Positions 1 to 9,490 of a DNA stretch of 36,213 nucleotides are shown here, piece after piece. The first letter of the stretch is position 1, and the number at the start of each line of letters is the position of its first letter. Below the pieces are notes generated by a model. It was not told where the DNA came from, did no database searches, and was given only the letters and a program-made list of their open reading frames with translations. The position numbers and the translations under genes are program-made. The stretch is from the sequence record SRR20825019_642. The stretch is one strand, 5' to 3'.

Positions 1-47
1 CGGAAGAATAATCTTCCGACCATGACTGCCCTAAGGGTGCCTTTTTT
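1..47. terminator. Partial hairpin/terminator downstream of the minus-strand ydjC-like gene (cut by window edge)
   Basis: CGGAAGA-ataa-TCTTCCG perfect 7-bp stem at 1-18, followed by GGGTGCCTTTTTT; the putative partner arm would lie left of the window. Confidence 0.3.
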
Positions 48-68
48 ATAAATAATATTCAGAGGAAC

Positions 69-1088
69 TTACTTGTCCATCTTCTCAAAACGTTGCATGA
101 TTTCTTTCCAGTTGGTAAAGATGATGTCTTCTTCTTCCAAAAACTCTACCACAGCTGGATCAGCGAACATTTCGGCTTCCCAACCCCGTTGTTGCCAAGA
201 GTCCGTAATGTTCTTTAGGTTTTCCGTAGGTTCAGATGGATGAAAAATGATTTCGGTAAGCCCGCTAGGAAAGGAAAGAATCGTTTGTTTGAACGCCTCT
301 ATTTTTTCTTCGTAGGTTGAGGCACTGGGAACATATCCGAAGAAATCAAGTTTGGGTAAATCATAATCCTTGATCAATTGAATCATTTGGTCGTCAATTG
401 GGTAGCCCATATTTCTAAAATGTTGGGCAACTTTAGGTTGTGTAAGGTCAATGGCATTGGCAGGAATCCCATACTCCATGGCCAGCCTCAGAAAGGCTTC
501 GGTGTAACCTTTATCGGCATATAAAGTTCCCATATGGGTATCTATGTGGGTTGGCCTATGCCCCCATTCGATGGATTTTTCAATCTGTGCCCGAATCTCG
601 GTTTCAACTTCTTTGGCGGTCGCATGTTCCACTACTTCTGGTACGGAACGCCAAAAGTTACCGGTCTCGTCCATTAAACCTTTAACGGAATCTTTAGGAC
701 TTACTGGACCCCATCTATGTGTTTCCCATTCGCTTGTTAGGGTGAGGTGCAGACCAATGTCCAATTTTGGCTCTCCTTGGACCCAGTGCATAAACTCCTG
801 TGAATTGGGACAAGGAATCATAACTGCGGCCGATTGGATTTGGCCTTCGGTAAGCATGGGTTTTACCGAATGGTTCGCTTCTGGGCACATGCCAATATCA
901 TCTGCATGAAGCACCAAAACCTTTTTCCCTGCCGGCCAACCAAGTCTCTCGGCCCAGGTTTGTGGTTCTGTGACCTTTTTGGTCTGGATCACAGGTTCTT
1001 TGTCATCTTGATTTTTGTCTTTACAGGCCAGGGTCAACATGCCCAAAGACAGGAATGTTGCCATCAGCGGAAGTTTGTGTTGTTTCAT
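69..1088 (-). CDS. YdjC/ChbG-family carbohydrate deacetylase, lipoprotein
   Basis: 339-aa ORF; lipobox LTLA-C; family motifs LHADDIG, DIGLHLTLT, THIDTHMG, EIIFHP. Confidence 0.85.
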   Translation of the reverse strand: MKQHKLPLMATFLSLGMLTLACKDKNQDDKEPVIQTKKVTEPQTWAERLGWPAGKKVLVLHADDIGMCPEANHSVKPMLTEGQIQSAAVMIPCPNSQEFMHWVQGEPKLDIGLHLTLTSEWETHRWGPVSPKDSVKGLMDETGNFWRSVPEVVEHATAKEVETEIRAQIEKSIEWGHRPTHIDTHMGTLYADKGYTEAFLRLAMEYGIPANAIDLTQPKVAQHFRNMGYPIDDQMIQLIKDYDLPKLDFFGYVPSASTYEEKIEAFKQTILSFPSGLTEIIFHPSEPTENLKNITDSWQQRGWEAEMFADPAVVEFLEEEDIIFTNWKEIMQRFEKMDK

Positions 1089-1167
1089 TTTTATGTTGCT
1101 GGATTAAATTATTCTGATTTGTTCATTTTCTGGTTTCTGGCCGTAAATAAGCATCACAATAAGATGA

Positions 1168-2223
1168 TTAAGTGGACTTTCTGTTTATAAAAAAGAAAGG
1201 GTTTTTTACGCTTTCAAATTTATTTTCCAAAATCATGTCTGCTGCGGTCTCTCCCATTCTAGCGAAGTCGGTTGAAACTGCCGTGATGCCCAAAAGTTCT
1301 TTAAGGGGTGTGTCGTTATAGCAGATGATACCAACATCCTTGCCCATTTCCAACGAGCTTTTACGGACTAATTTGATCAGGCTCACCAAGTCCGACTCTT
1401 CAATGGAAATATATAGGTCCCCGGCTTTAAGTTCCATATCCTCATAGACCTCATTGATTATCTCGTATTCAAATCCATATTGAACACAGAATTGTTTAAA
1501 GCCCCTGGTAATCCTCATAGGGTAGGGGTAAAGTGAATTCTCGGGATAGATAAGAATCAGGTTTTCATATTTCTGGATGATTTCAAGGCCATCCACAAGG
1601 GCGTCAAAAAGATCTTCTTGAAAGTTTTGATATATTTTTGCAGCATTTTCCTTGGGGTTGGACTTGATGTTGTCCATTATGATCAATTTATTGTCCGGAA
1701 TTTTATTGACAGCTTCGAGTGTTTTTTCCGTAAAACTTACATGCTTTAGGTCATCCGTCTTAAAATGCGGCATGATCACAAAATAATCATAAGCGTCAAT
1801 ATTTTTGTCCAGAAGGTTTAGGAACATCGTTTCATCGCAATGGTATACATTAAGGTCAATATGGGCTTGGTCGCCCATCCTATCGATGAACGATTGATAG
1901 ACTTTGAGCTTATAGGAACTCAATTTGTTGATGAGAAAGAAAACGTTGATCTTGGATACAAGTTCTGTACTTGAAATATAGGAGCCCTTACCTGGGATAG
2001 AGGAAATCACTTTTTTGCTCTTTAGCAGGTTATAGGCTTTTTCTACAGTATCCCGCGAAAGATAAAATTCTTCGCTCAACTCATTGATAGAGGGAATCCG
2101 GTCGTTCACACTAAAGTTCCCGTTGGCAATGTTCGTTAAAATGGAATTTACGATTTGTTTGTACTTGGGGATTTTAGAGTTCTGTTTTACCTCTATGTAA
2201 CTCAATACTTTTTTGGATGTCAT
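1168..2223 (-). CDS. GntR-family transcriptional regulator with C-terminal LacI-like sugar-binding domain
   Basis: 351 aa; N-terminal wHTH (PKYKQIV...RIPSINELSEEFYLSRDTVEKAY...PGKGSY); C-terminal GKDVGIICYNDTPLKELLGITAVSTDF...MGETAA. Confidence 0.9.
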   Translation of the reverse strand: MTSKKVLSYIEVKQNSKIPKYKQIVNSILTNIANGNFSVNDRIPSINELSEEFYLSRDTVEKAYNLLKSKKVISSIPGKGSYISSTELVSKINVFFLINKLSSYKLKVYQSFIDRMGDQAHIDLNVYHCDETMFLNLLDKNIDAYDYFVIMPHFKTDDLKHVSFTEKTLEAVNKIPDNKLIIMDNIKSNPKENAAKIYQNFQEDLFDALVDGLEIIQKYENLILIYPENSLYPYPMRITRGFKQFCVQYGFEYEIINEVYEDMELKAGDLYISIEESDLVSLIKLVRKSSLEMGKDVGIICYNDTPLKELLGITAVSTDFARMGETAADMILENKFESVKNPFFFINRKST

Positions 2224-2355
2224 CGGTATTCTAGGGGGAATTTAAGGTTAATTGCAACGTTTTTATATCGACTTTGAGAGTGATGGCAAACTTTGTGTTC
2301 ATTAGACTTTGGATTTGTAAAATACTTATTTTAGTCAAAAAATATGGCTGAACAA

Positions 2356-3186
2356 TTAATTTTTTGAATCCAAAAACGGTTGTATTGAAATAAACAAAAG
2401 ATTAGCAATGTTTTGCATTCCCTTATCCCCAGGATGGATTCCTATCCCATCTACCTTCCAATCATTTTTCTCTCCTGGATAATCAGTTTCATTTTTTGCA
2501 TAGTTCTCGGGATCGATCAATGTTAAATGGGAAAGGTCGACCAAATGAATACCCGTTGCTATGGCCGCCTGCTGTATTATTTTGTTTTTCTCCAGTGATG
2601 GAAAAAAAGGAGTGGTAGCGACAATATGTCTCTGATTGTCCGATTTGAACGAATCAATCAGGTTGATATATTGTTTTCCGAAGAGTGCCAATACCGAAGC
2701 ATTTTCCCCATCCACATTTTCGCCTAATTGAAAAACCACAATATCCGGGTTATAGTCTTGGAGTTCCTTTACTGTCTGAGCATTCCAACCCTTGGGCTCC
2801 CTTTCAAACGTGGCAAAGTTGGATATCCTCATGCAGACCTTATGATTGGGACGTTTTACCTGAATAGATTGAAATAGTTGATGGGCATAGTCGTTTTCCT
2901 TTTCGGAAGCGGCCATTCCGCTATTGTGGTACCATCCAATCCCGGGCGCTATTCCATGATAGGAAAGGCTGTTCCCTATAATCAGTAGTTTGAGCTCCTT
3001 GCCCATGCCAGTGTTACAAGTATCGATATAAGAGGGAATAAAAACATTGTTCATTTGCCCTAACATATCTCCTTCCTTTTTTTTTGAAATGTTCGCAACC
3101 TCTTTTGGCTTTATGGCACAGCTCCAATTAAACAATATAATTAGTAGGATGATTGCTGTTGGCCTTTTCAATTTAGATTGTGGCAT
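2356..3186 (-). CDS. SGNH/GDSL-family hydrolase (putative carbohydrate esterase), probable lipoprotein
   Basis: 276 aa; hydrophobic N-terminus ending NWS-C; block I LIIGNSL, block III QLGEN, block V GIHPGDKGM. Confidence 0.8.
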   Translation of the reverse strand: MPQSKLKRPTAIILLIILFNWSCAIKPKEVANISKKKEGDMLGQMNNVFIPSYIDTCNTGMGKELKLLIIGNSLSYHGIAPGIGWYHNSGMAASEKENDYAHQLFQSIQVKRPNHKVCMRISNFATFEREPKGWNAQTVKELQDYNPDIVVFQLGENVDGENASVLALFGKQYINLIDSFKSDNQRHIVATTPFFPSLEKNKIIQQAAIATGIHLVDLSHLTLIDPENYAKNETDYPGEKNDWKVDGIGIHPGDKGMQNIANLLFISIQPFLDSKN

Positions 3187-3559
3187 GTGTTTATGTTTTG
3201 AACGTTTTGGCTTGTTTATGACCAGTGTTCATTTTATAGAGGCTCGACTTTGATAGTTCTACCAATGCTTCCGATATCCCTCAGATTACTTTCACCCGTA
3301 AATTTACCAGACTATTTTCTTTTAAGTGTTCTGTACTGTTAAGTAAGATTGCCAAAAGGACCAAGAACCAGACTTGTAACAAAAAAATAAGCGATTAGAT
3401 GGGAGTCATACTTTTGATTTTGGTTCTGTCTTATTAAATATGGTAGTTTAAAAACGAATTAATTTGAGGACTTGCCAACAACATTATATTATGTAGGAGG
3501 CCCGGCTCCTGTTCAAGAATAGGGATGTCATATACATGCCGTTGAATCGCTTTAATAAG

Positions 3560-3712
3560 GTCAAGGAGCTTTACGAGGCTGTTTTATGACAAGGAGTTTC
3601 CCATGAAAAGTTTTCAGAAAAAGATATTGGGACTGAATGTTCTGGAACGTTAGGGCAAAAATATACCGGAGCTCAAAATAGGGCTCCGTGTGTCTATAAA
3701 TTAAAGAGATAG
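3560..3712 (+). pseudogene. Remnant of the C-terminal winged-helix domain of an NrtR-type (Nudix-related) transcriptional regulator
   Basis: Manual translation with a +1 shift in the T-run at 3582-3585, TAG at 3651-3653 and a -1 shift in the A-run at 3657-3661 gives VKELYEAV/YDKEFPMKSFQKKILGLNVLER*GK/YTGAQNRAPCVYKLKR*. This resembles the NrtR wHTH pattern (LYEA...NFQKKIL.L.VLERL.KK.TG...AP..Y). It may extend upstream to about 3466 (EDLP...). Confidence 0.7.
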
Positions 3713-3921
3713 CTACAAAACAAGAAATCGGGATTCTAGCCGATATCCTTGAAAAAATGTAAGTAAGAGGGAATCCAGCTTCTATGGCAAAACTGATTTT
3801 GAAGGAATCCTAGCCAACAATGAGTGGTTTTTTGGGACAGGATTGTATATTTAAGGGATAGCAATCTCTTTAGTCAACAAAGATTGCCCATAAGGAACGA
3901 ACATAATTTAAGCACATAAAA

Positions 3922-5532
3922 ATGAAAACAAGATTAATGTTACTAATTGGGGTCTGCCTTATTGGGCAAATTGCAATGGCACAAACCGAAGTTGTAACCG
4001 GAGCAGATGTGGCCGTTACCGATACCGAATCCGGAAAAGTCCGCGGATTTATTCAAAATGGAATATACACTTATAAAGGGATTCCCTACGCGACAGCAGA
4101 GCGATTTATGCCTGCAAAAAAAGTAGCACCTTGGGATGGAGTCAGGAGTTCCACTATGTATGGCCCGGTAGCTCCGTTGATGACACCTACCACACATGTG
4201 CAAGATGAATCAGAATTCGTTTTCGATCATGATTGGGGATACACGAGTGAAGATTGTCTTCGGCTTAATGTTTGGACACCTAGTATTGATGATGGTAAAA
4301 AAAGACCCGTACTTTTTTGGATTCACGGAGGCGGATTTACCGCAGGCTCAAGTCAAGAACTCCCATCATACCATGGGGAAAATTTGAGCGCCAAAGGTGA
4401 TGTGGTCGTGGTTTCTATCAATCATAGATTGAATATTTTGGGCTTTTTAGATCTTTCCGCCTATGGTGACAATTACAAACATACACCCAATAATAGTATG
4501 TTGGATATTGTAGCTGCCTTGGACTGGGTAAAGAGTAACATCACCAATTTTGGGGGAGACCCCAACAATGTAACCATTTTCGGTCAGTCCGGGGGTGGGG
4601 CCAAGGTCAATACACTTATGGCCATGCCAAAGGCCAAAGGATTGTTTCATAAGGCAATTAACCAAAGTGGCTCCTTTAGGGGAAGTCTTTCCAAAAAAGA
4701 AACAACAAGAGCCATTGCAGCCGAGGTACTAAAAGAACTTTCACTATCGGAGGACCAAGTGGATAGTCTACAGACTATTCCATTTGATAAATTGAGTGCA
4801 GCGGGGAGCGCAGCATTGCAAACAGTGGCCAAACAAATGAAGGCAGAGGGTATTGTTCCCGTGGGAATGAGCCTCAATTGGGGGCCAAGCATGGACGGCA
4901 CTGTACTTCCTCACGATTTGATGTCCGATGAGGCATTCGAACTTTCCAAAGATATTCCTTTGATGGTGGGAACTACCAAAAATGAATTTACCCCATTTAT
5001 GAATGGTCGCTTTTTTAACGCATCTGAAGAAAAAGTGATGGCACATATCAAAGAAACATACCAGGAAAAGGCAGATGCTTATATAGCAGCAGTCAAAAAA
5101 GCCTATCCAAACGACACAAGACCTTCAGACCTTCTGGATATCGACGCTACCTTCAGACCTGGGGCCGTTTTCCAAGCCAACAAAAAGTCGCAATTGGATA
5201 ATGGTGCTCCGGTGTATATGTTTATGTTTACATGGCAATCCCCTGTTTTTGATGGGAAGTACAAGGCGCTTCACTGTATGGAACTGCCATTTGTTTTCGA
5301 TAATGTGGAACGGGCGAGACAAATGACCGGGGGCGGTCAAGAAGCCCATGTTTTGGCGGATAAAATGAGTAGTGCGTGGATCAACTTTGCCAAAAAAGGA
5401 AATCCTAATCATGACGGATTACCACAATGGCCGGAATACAATCCCAAGAATACAGCTACCATGTTTTTTGATAATACATGTGAAGTTAAACCACAACACG
5501 ACAAGGAATTCTTGGCTTTGATAGCTAAGTGA
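3922..5532 (+). CDS. Carboxylesterase type B (para-nitrobenzyl esterase/cholinesterase-like), exported
   Basis: 536 aa; signal peptide ending AMA|Q; YKGIPYA, SEDCLRLNVW, oxyanion WIHGGG, FGGDPNNVTIFGQSGG nucleophile elbow, HCMELPFVF. Confidence 0.92.
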   Translation: MKTRLMLLIGVCLIGQIAMAQTEVVTGADVAVTDTESGKVRGFIQNGIYTYKGIPYATAERFMPAKKVAPWDGVRSSTMYGPVAPLMTPTTHVQDESEFVFDHDWGYTSEDCLRLNVWTPSIDDGKKRPVLFWIHGGGFTAGSSQELPSYHGENLSAKGDVVVVSINHRLNILGFLDLSAYGDNYKHTPNNSMLDIVAALDWVKSNITNFGGDPNNVTIFGQSGGGAKVNTLMAMPKAKGLFHKAINQSGSFRGSLSKKETTRAIAAEVLKELSLSEDQVDSLQTIPFDKLSAAGSAALQTVAKQMKAEGIVPVGMSLNWGPSMDGTVLPHDLMSDEAFELSKDIPLMVGTTKNEFTPFMNGRFFNASEEKVMAHIKETYQEKADAYIAAVKKAYPNDTRPSDLLDIDATFRPGAVFQANKKSQLDNGAPVYMFMFTWQSPVFDGKYKALHCMELPFVFDNVERARQMTGGGQEAHVLADKMSSAWINFAKKGNPNHDGLPQWPEYNPKNTATMFFDNTCEVKPQHDKEFLALIAK

Positions 5533-5563
5533 TAAACCGGTCCTACATCTAAAAAACTAAGCA

Positions 5564-8500
5564 ATGAAATTATTTTCAAAAACAGTTGCTACCCTTATAT
5601 GGGCGGGTCTTCTTATGTTTATTTCTTGTGGTTCCCCAACCACAGAAACTGAAAATCTAAGGTAATCAAGAATCCAGTTTTGAAACCGGGTTGATGAACC
5701 CTGAAATATCCGCTTGGGAAGGCGCTCAATTTATCGACACCAATACTTTGACCTTGGACGCCACGTCTGCATTGCTCTTTGATATAGAAACTGATTTTCA
5801 GATTGTGGAAGGGAATACAGCGTCTCTTATCATTGGAGCCAATTATTTTAGGTTCAATGATAAGTTTCAGAACATCAATAACATGGGGGGTGAAAACTAC
5901 CTCCGATTGGAAATTGATATTTCAGGGGTGGGCAGTTCCAAGGGTGCACTCTTGAACATTTATCGCGTTGGTTTTGATAAGGACGATTCGGCCAAGAAAC
6001 CTTATATGTCCATTTCCAAGGCCAACTACCCTCAAACCAATATTAATGCATTGATTACACCGGGCAACAAATCCCAAATGAACAAACTCAGAATCGGAGT
6101 TAATGCCAGCAATATTGTAATCAAAATTAATGGGGAAATGCTGCTTTTGGAACCTGAAGACCCCAATAATCCCATACCTCCTCAATTTAGGGAAGTAGGT
6201 TTTTCTGTTACAGGTGTCGGTGGCGGAAACTTTTTGACATATCCTCATATAAATTCAATTGGTTTTGCCGCAGAACCGGGCACAAAGGCAATCTTTAAGG
6301 ATTACAAAATTTTGAATGCTGGAAAAAGCGACCCAAACAATAATGAGGTCTTTGGAAAAGATGTAGGGGCTACTTATGCCATATTCAAAGATTTTGAAGG
6401 TGTTTCCTTTAATCAAGACGGCATCATCGAACTTGGTAATACTACTGACGCAACCTTGATTCAATATGCGGATCCAAGTCATGGCTCCGCAACCATGCTG
6501 CGCTCAGAATTTAATACAGGAAATAAGAATATCGCCAAGGCAAAACTGTATGTTACTTCAATGGGTTCCAACGAGGTATATATCAATGGTAATCGAATTG
6601 GTGAAGATTGGTTTGCACCTGGTGCTACCCAGTTTCGGGAAACCTTGGGGTACTACGCCTATGATGTCACAAAAAACATCAATCAAGGGAAAAATGTGAT
6701 TGGAGCATTGGTTTTTCCTGGCTGGTACACAGGTTATATGACCTATACACCTGCAAACTTCATTTTTTTTGGAGATACCGAAGCTTTGTTGGCCAAATTG
6801 GTCATCACTTATGAGGGTGGGAATGAACAAACTGTGGTTACTGACCCAGATACTTGGAAAATATTTACCGAAGTTCCAGTGGAATACGGAAGTTTTTTTC
6901 AAGAGGAACTTTACAATACCCTCAAAGAAAAACACATTGCGGTTGATGGTAAAACAAATGGCTGGGCCACCACGGCATATGATGATTCAAAATGGTCCAA
7001 CGCCGAAGAAGTACTATCAAGGGATTGGATAGATTTTGAAATCGTGTCCCGCTACGACCGACCTGTACGTGTTGTGGAAAACCTTCAGGCGACGGAGGTG
7101 ATGGAAGTACATAGTAAAGATGAAAGGACATACACTTACAACATGGGGGTCAACATGGTGGGCGTTCCCTCCATTACCGTTCCCCAAGGATGGCTCAAAA
7201 AAGGGGATACCGTCATATTGAGGTATGGGGAACAAGTTTACCCTGGACTAGAAGGGGATGAACCTCAGTACATTGATAGATATGGGTATAAAAATGGCAA
7301 GGGCATTGCAGGACGTATCCTCACAGAGAATTACAGAGCTGCCATGGCAACCGATTTTTATATAGCCAAAGATGATGGTCAAGTAGTCATTCAACCAAAA
7401 ACAACTTTTAGGGGCTACCAATACGTTCAGGTCACTTTGCCCAATCATACAGGGCCATTGCCATTGGAAAACGTAATGGGATTATCGCTATCTTCGGATG
7501 AACTGCCCTCGGGGACCTATGTGGCCACTACTACGGATGGAGCCACCGGAGAATTGGCCAATCAACTCTTTAAAAATATACGGCGTAGTCAGTTGGGGAA
7601 TTTCTTCACATTGCCCACCGATTGCCCTCAACGAAACGAGCGTATGGGTTGGACGGGAGATGCGCAGGCCTATACAAGAACGGGAACCTATAATTCCGAT
7701 ACCTACAATTTTTTTAGACAATGGATGGTGGCCTTGCGCGATGACCAAGGTGTTGGTAGTGAAACGGAGGCCCCAGGAGGAATCGGAAGTACGGCACCCA
7801 CCTACAACATGACTGATGATACGAGCTTTGCCAATGGAACAACTTGGGCCGCAGCCGTTTGTATGGTGCCTTGGCAATTATACACCCAGTACGGGGATAC
7901 CAAGGTCATAGAAGAAAACATGGAAACCATGCGACTTTGGTTGGATGGGATGGATCATTATGATTTTAATGAGGAATATACGTATTTATCCTCCAAAACC
8001 GATGGATTGGCCGATTGGCTGGCCATGGACAACAATACGCCGCCCGAGTTGGTAAACAATGCATTTACATTTATATGATGGAGGTTACGGCCATAATGGC
8101 AGATGCCATAGGGGAAACCGAGTATGCCGGTACATTACGCGACAGGCATCAAAAGGCAAAAGAAGAATGGAACCAATTTTTTGTCGATCCTGAATCTGGA
8201 AGAACCAAAAACCTAGAGGGATTAATAGTGCATTCCCAATCGTCGTATGCCACTCCGCTTAATTTCAACGTTTTCAGTGAGAAAAATAAACTAAAGGCTG
8301 AAGCTTATTTGGCAGAACTGGTAAAAGAGCCCTCCACCAGTAATACAAAGCCTGATGGAACTAGGGTAACCTATCCCATGAGGGAAGGCGCCTTAGGTGG
8401 TTTTGGTATGAATAGCGAACAAGTAACCGAAGATTTTTTACCCTATACCATAACCACCGGCTTTTCCGGGACACCAAATATTTTACCATCATTGAGCAGG

Positions 8501-9076
8501 GGAGGCAAGGTTGATGAAGCATATAAATTGTTTTCAAGTACCGACTATACTTCTTGGTTGTATCCCGTTACTAAAGGGGCAACTTCTATTTGGGAGCGTT
8601 GGAACGGTTTTAAGGCCGCTTTCAAGGAAAACAACGAAAACAGGATGAATTCCTTCAACCACTTTGCCTTGGGTGCAGTTGGCCAATGGATGTACGAGTT
8701 TCAATTGGGCATCACTACCGACCATCAAAATGGAGAGGCTGGTTATAAGCATTTTGTTTTACAGCCACAGGTAGCCGGTACATTCGAATCCCTATCAGGT
8801 AGTTATGAATCAAATAATGGGAAAATATATAGCAGTTGGACTTCTGATGGCCAAGGAAACATGATATCTTACAAAGCAACTGTCCCGGCCAATACAAGTG
8901 CAACGCTTTATTTGCCAATGGGAATAGAGGGAGAAGATTCCCTTAAACCGATCAAAGGTGTTGAATTTAAAGGAATAGGGCAGCGCAATGGAATCAAAGT
9001 TGGCACCTATGAGCTTAGTTCCGGTACATTTGAGTTTAATTTGAAGGATGGGACAGTAAAAGTCAAGACTTTTTAG
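5564..9076 (+). pseudogene. GH78 alpha-L-rhamnosidase, disrupted (lipoprotein-signal fragment 5564-5665; body about 5661-8078; C-terminal part about 8063-9076)
   Basis: GH78 motifs MLRSEF, TFRGYQYV, PTDCPQRNERMGWTGDAQ, GATSIWERWN, MNSFNHFALGAV, VPANTSATL. MKLFSK...FISCGSP...ENLR* is out of frame with the body. A 1-nt frameshift near 8062 separates LVNNA from IYIYMMEV. Confidence 0.85.
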
Positions 9077-9108
9077 GATATTCGAATAACCGATCAGGCC
9101 CCACATTG

Positions 9109-9150
9109 GTATAAGGTGAATATGTTGATTTTACTGTATTCACCTTATAC
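9109..9150. terminator. 14-bp perfect inverted repeat downstream of GH78 (terminator-like, no clear U-tract)
   Basis: GTATAAGGTGAATA (9109-9122) / TATTCACCTTATAC (9137-9150), 14-nt loop, 32 nt after the GH78 stop. Confidence 0.5.
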
Positions 9151-9490
9151 GATGTACATATTGAAAGGCTTGGCATACTGGCCAAATTCATTCCTTTACC
9201 AAAAAAAATCTTTAGTAATAGAACTATTTAAAGATTTTTTTATAATTTGTTAACGTTTTTTGGTACAATTTCAATTGGTTTTTTACTAGATACAAAAGGT
9301 AAAACAACTCTTCTTTTATAGAGAAGACCTCTTTTGGGAGGTTTCCATCATATGGCACTTTCGCGTTTAAGGTATTCGCTACTTGCTTTAGTTTGATCAG
9401 TAGCGTTTCTGTGGAGAAATAGAAAAGGCACATAACTAAGTTTATGTTGATTCCTTTTTGCTTTTCCACATTAAAATGAGAGGCGAAAAA

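Noticed and set aside
3667-3688. Hairpin CGGAGCTC-aaaata-GGGCTCCG as a terminator or sRNA
   Set aside because: Falls within the NrtR-like remnant codons (TGAQNRAP) and has no U-tract; better explained as chance
8015-9076. Separate 353-aa gene starting at TTG 8015
   Set aside because: Its first 16 residues are out-of-frame sequence; the rest is the C-terminal part of the frameshifted GH78
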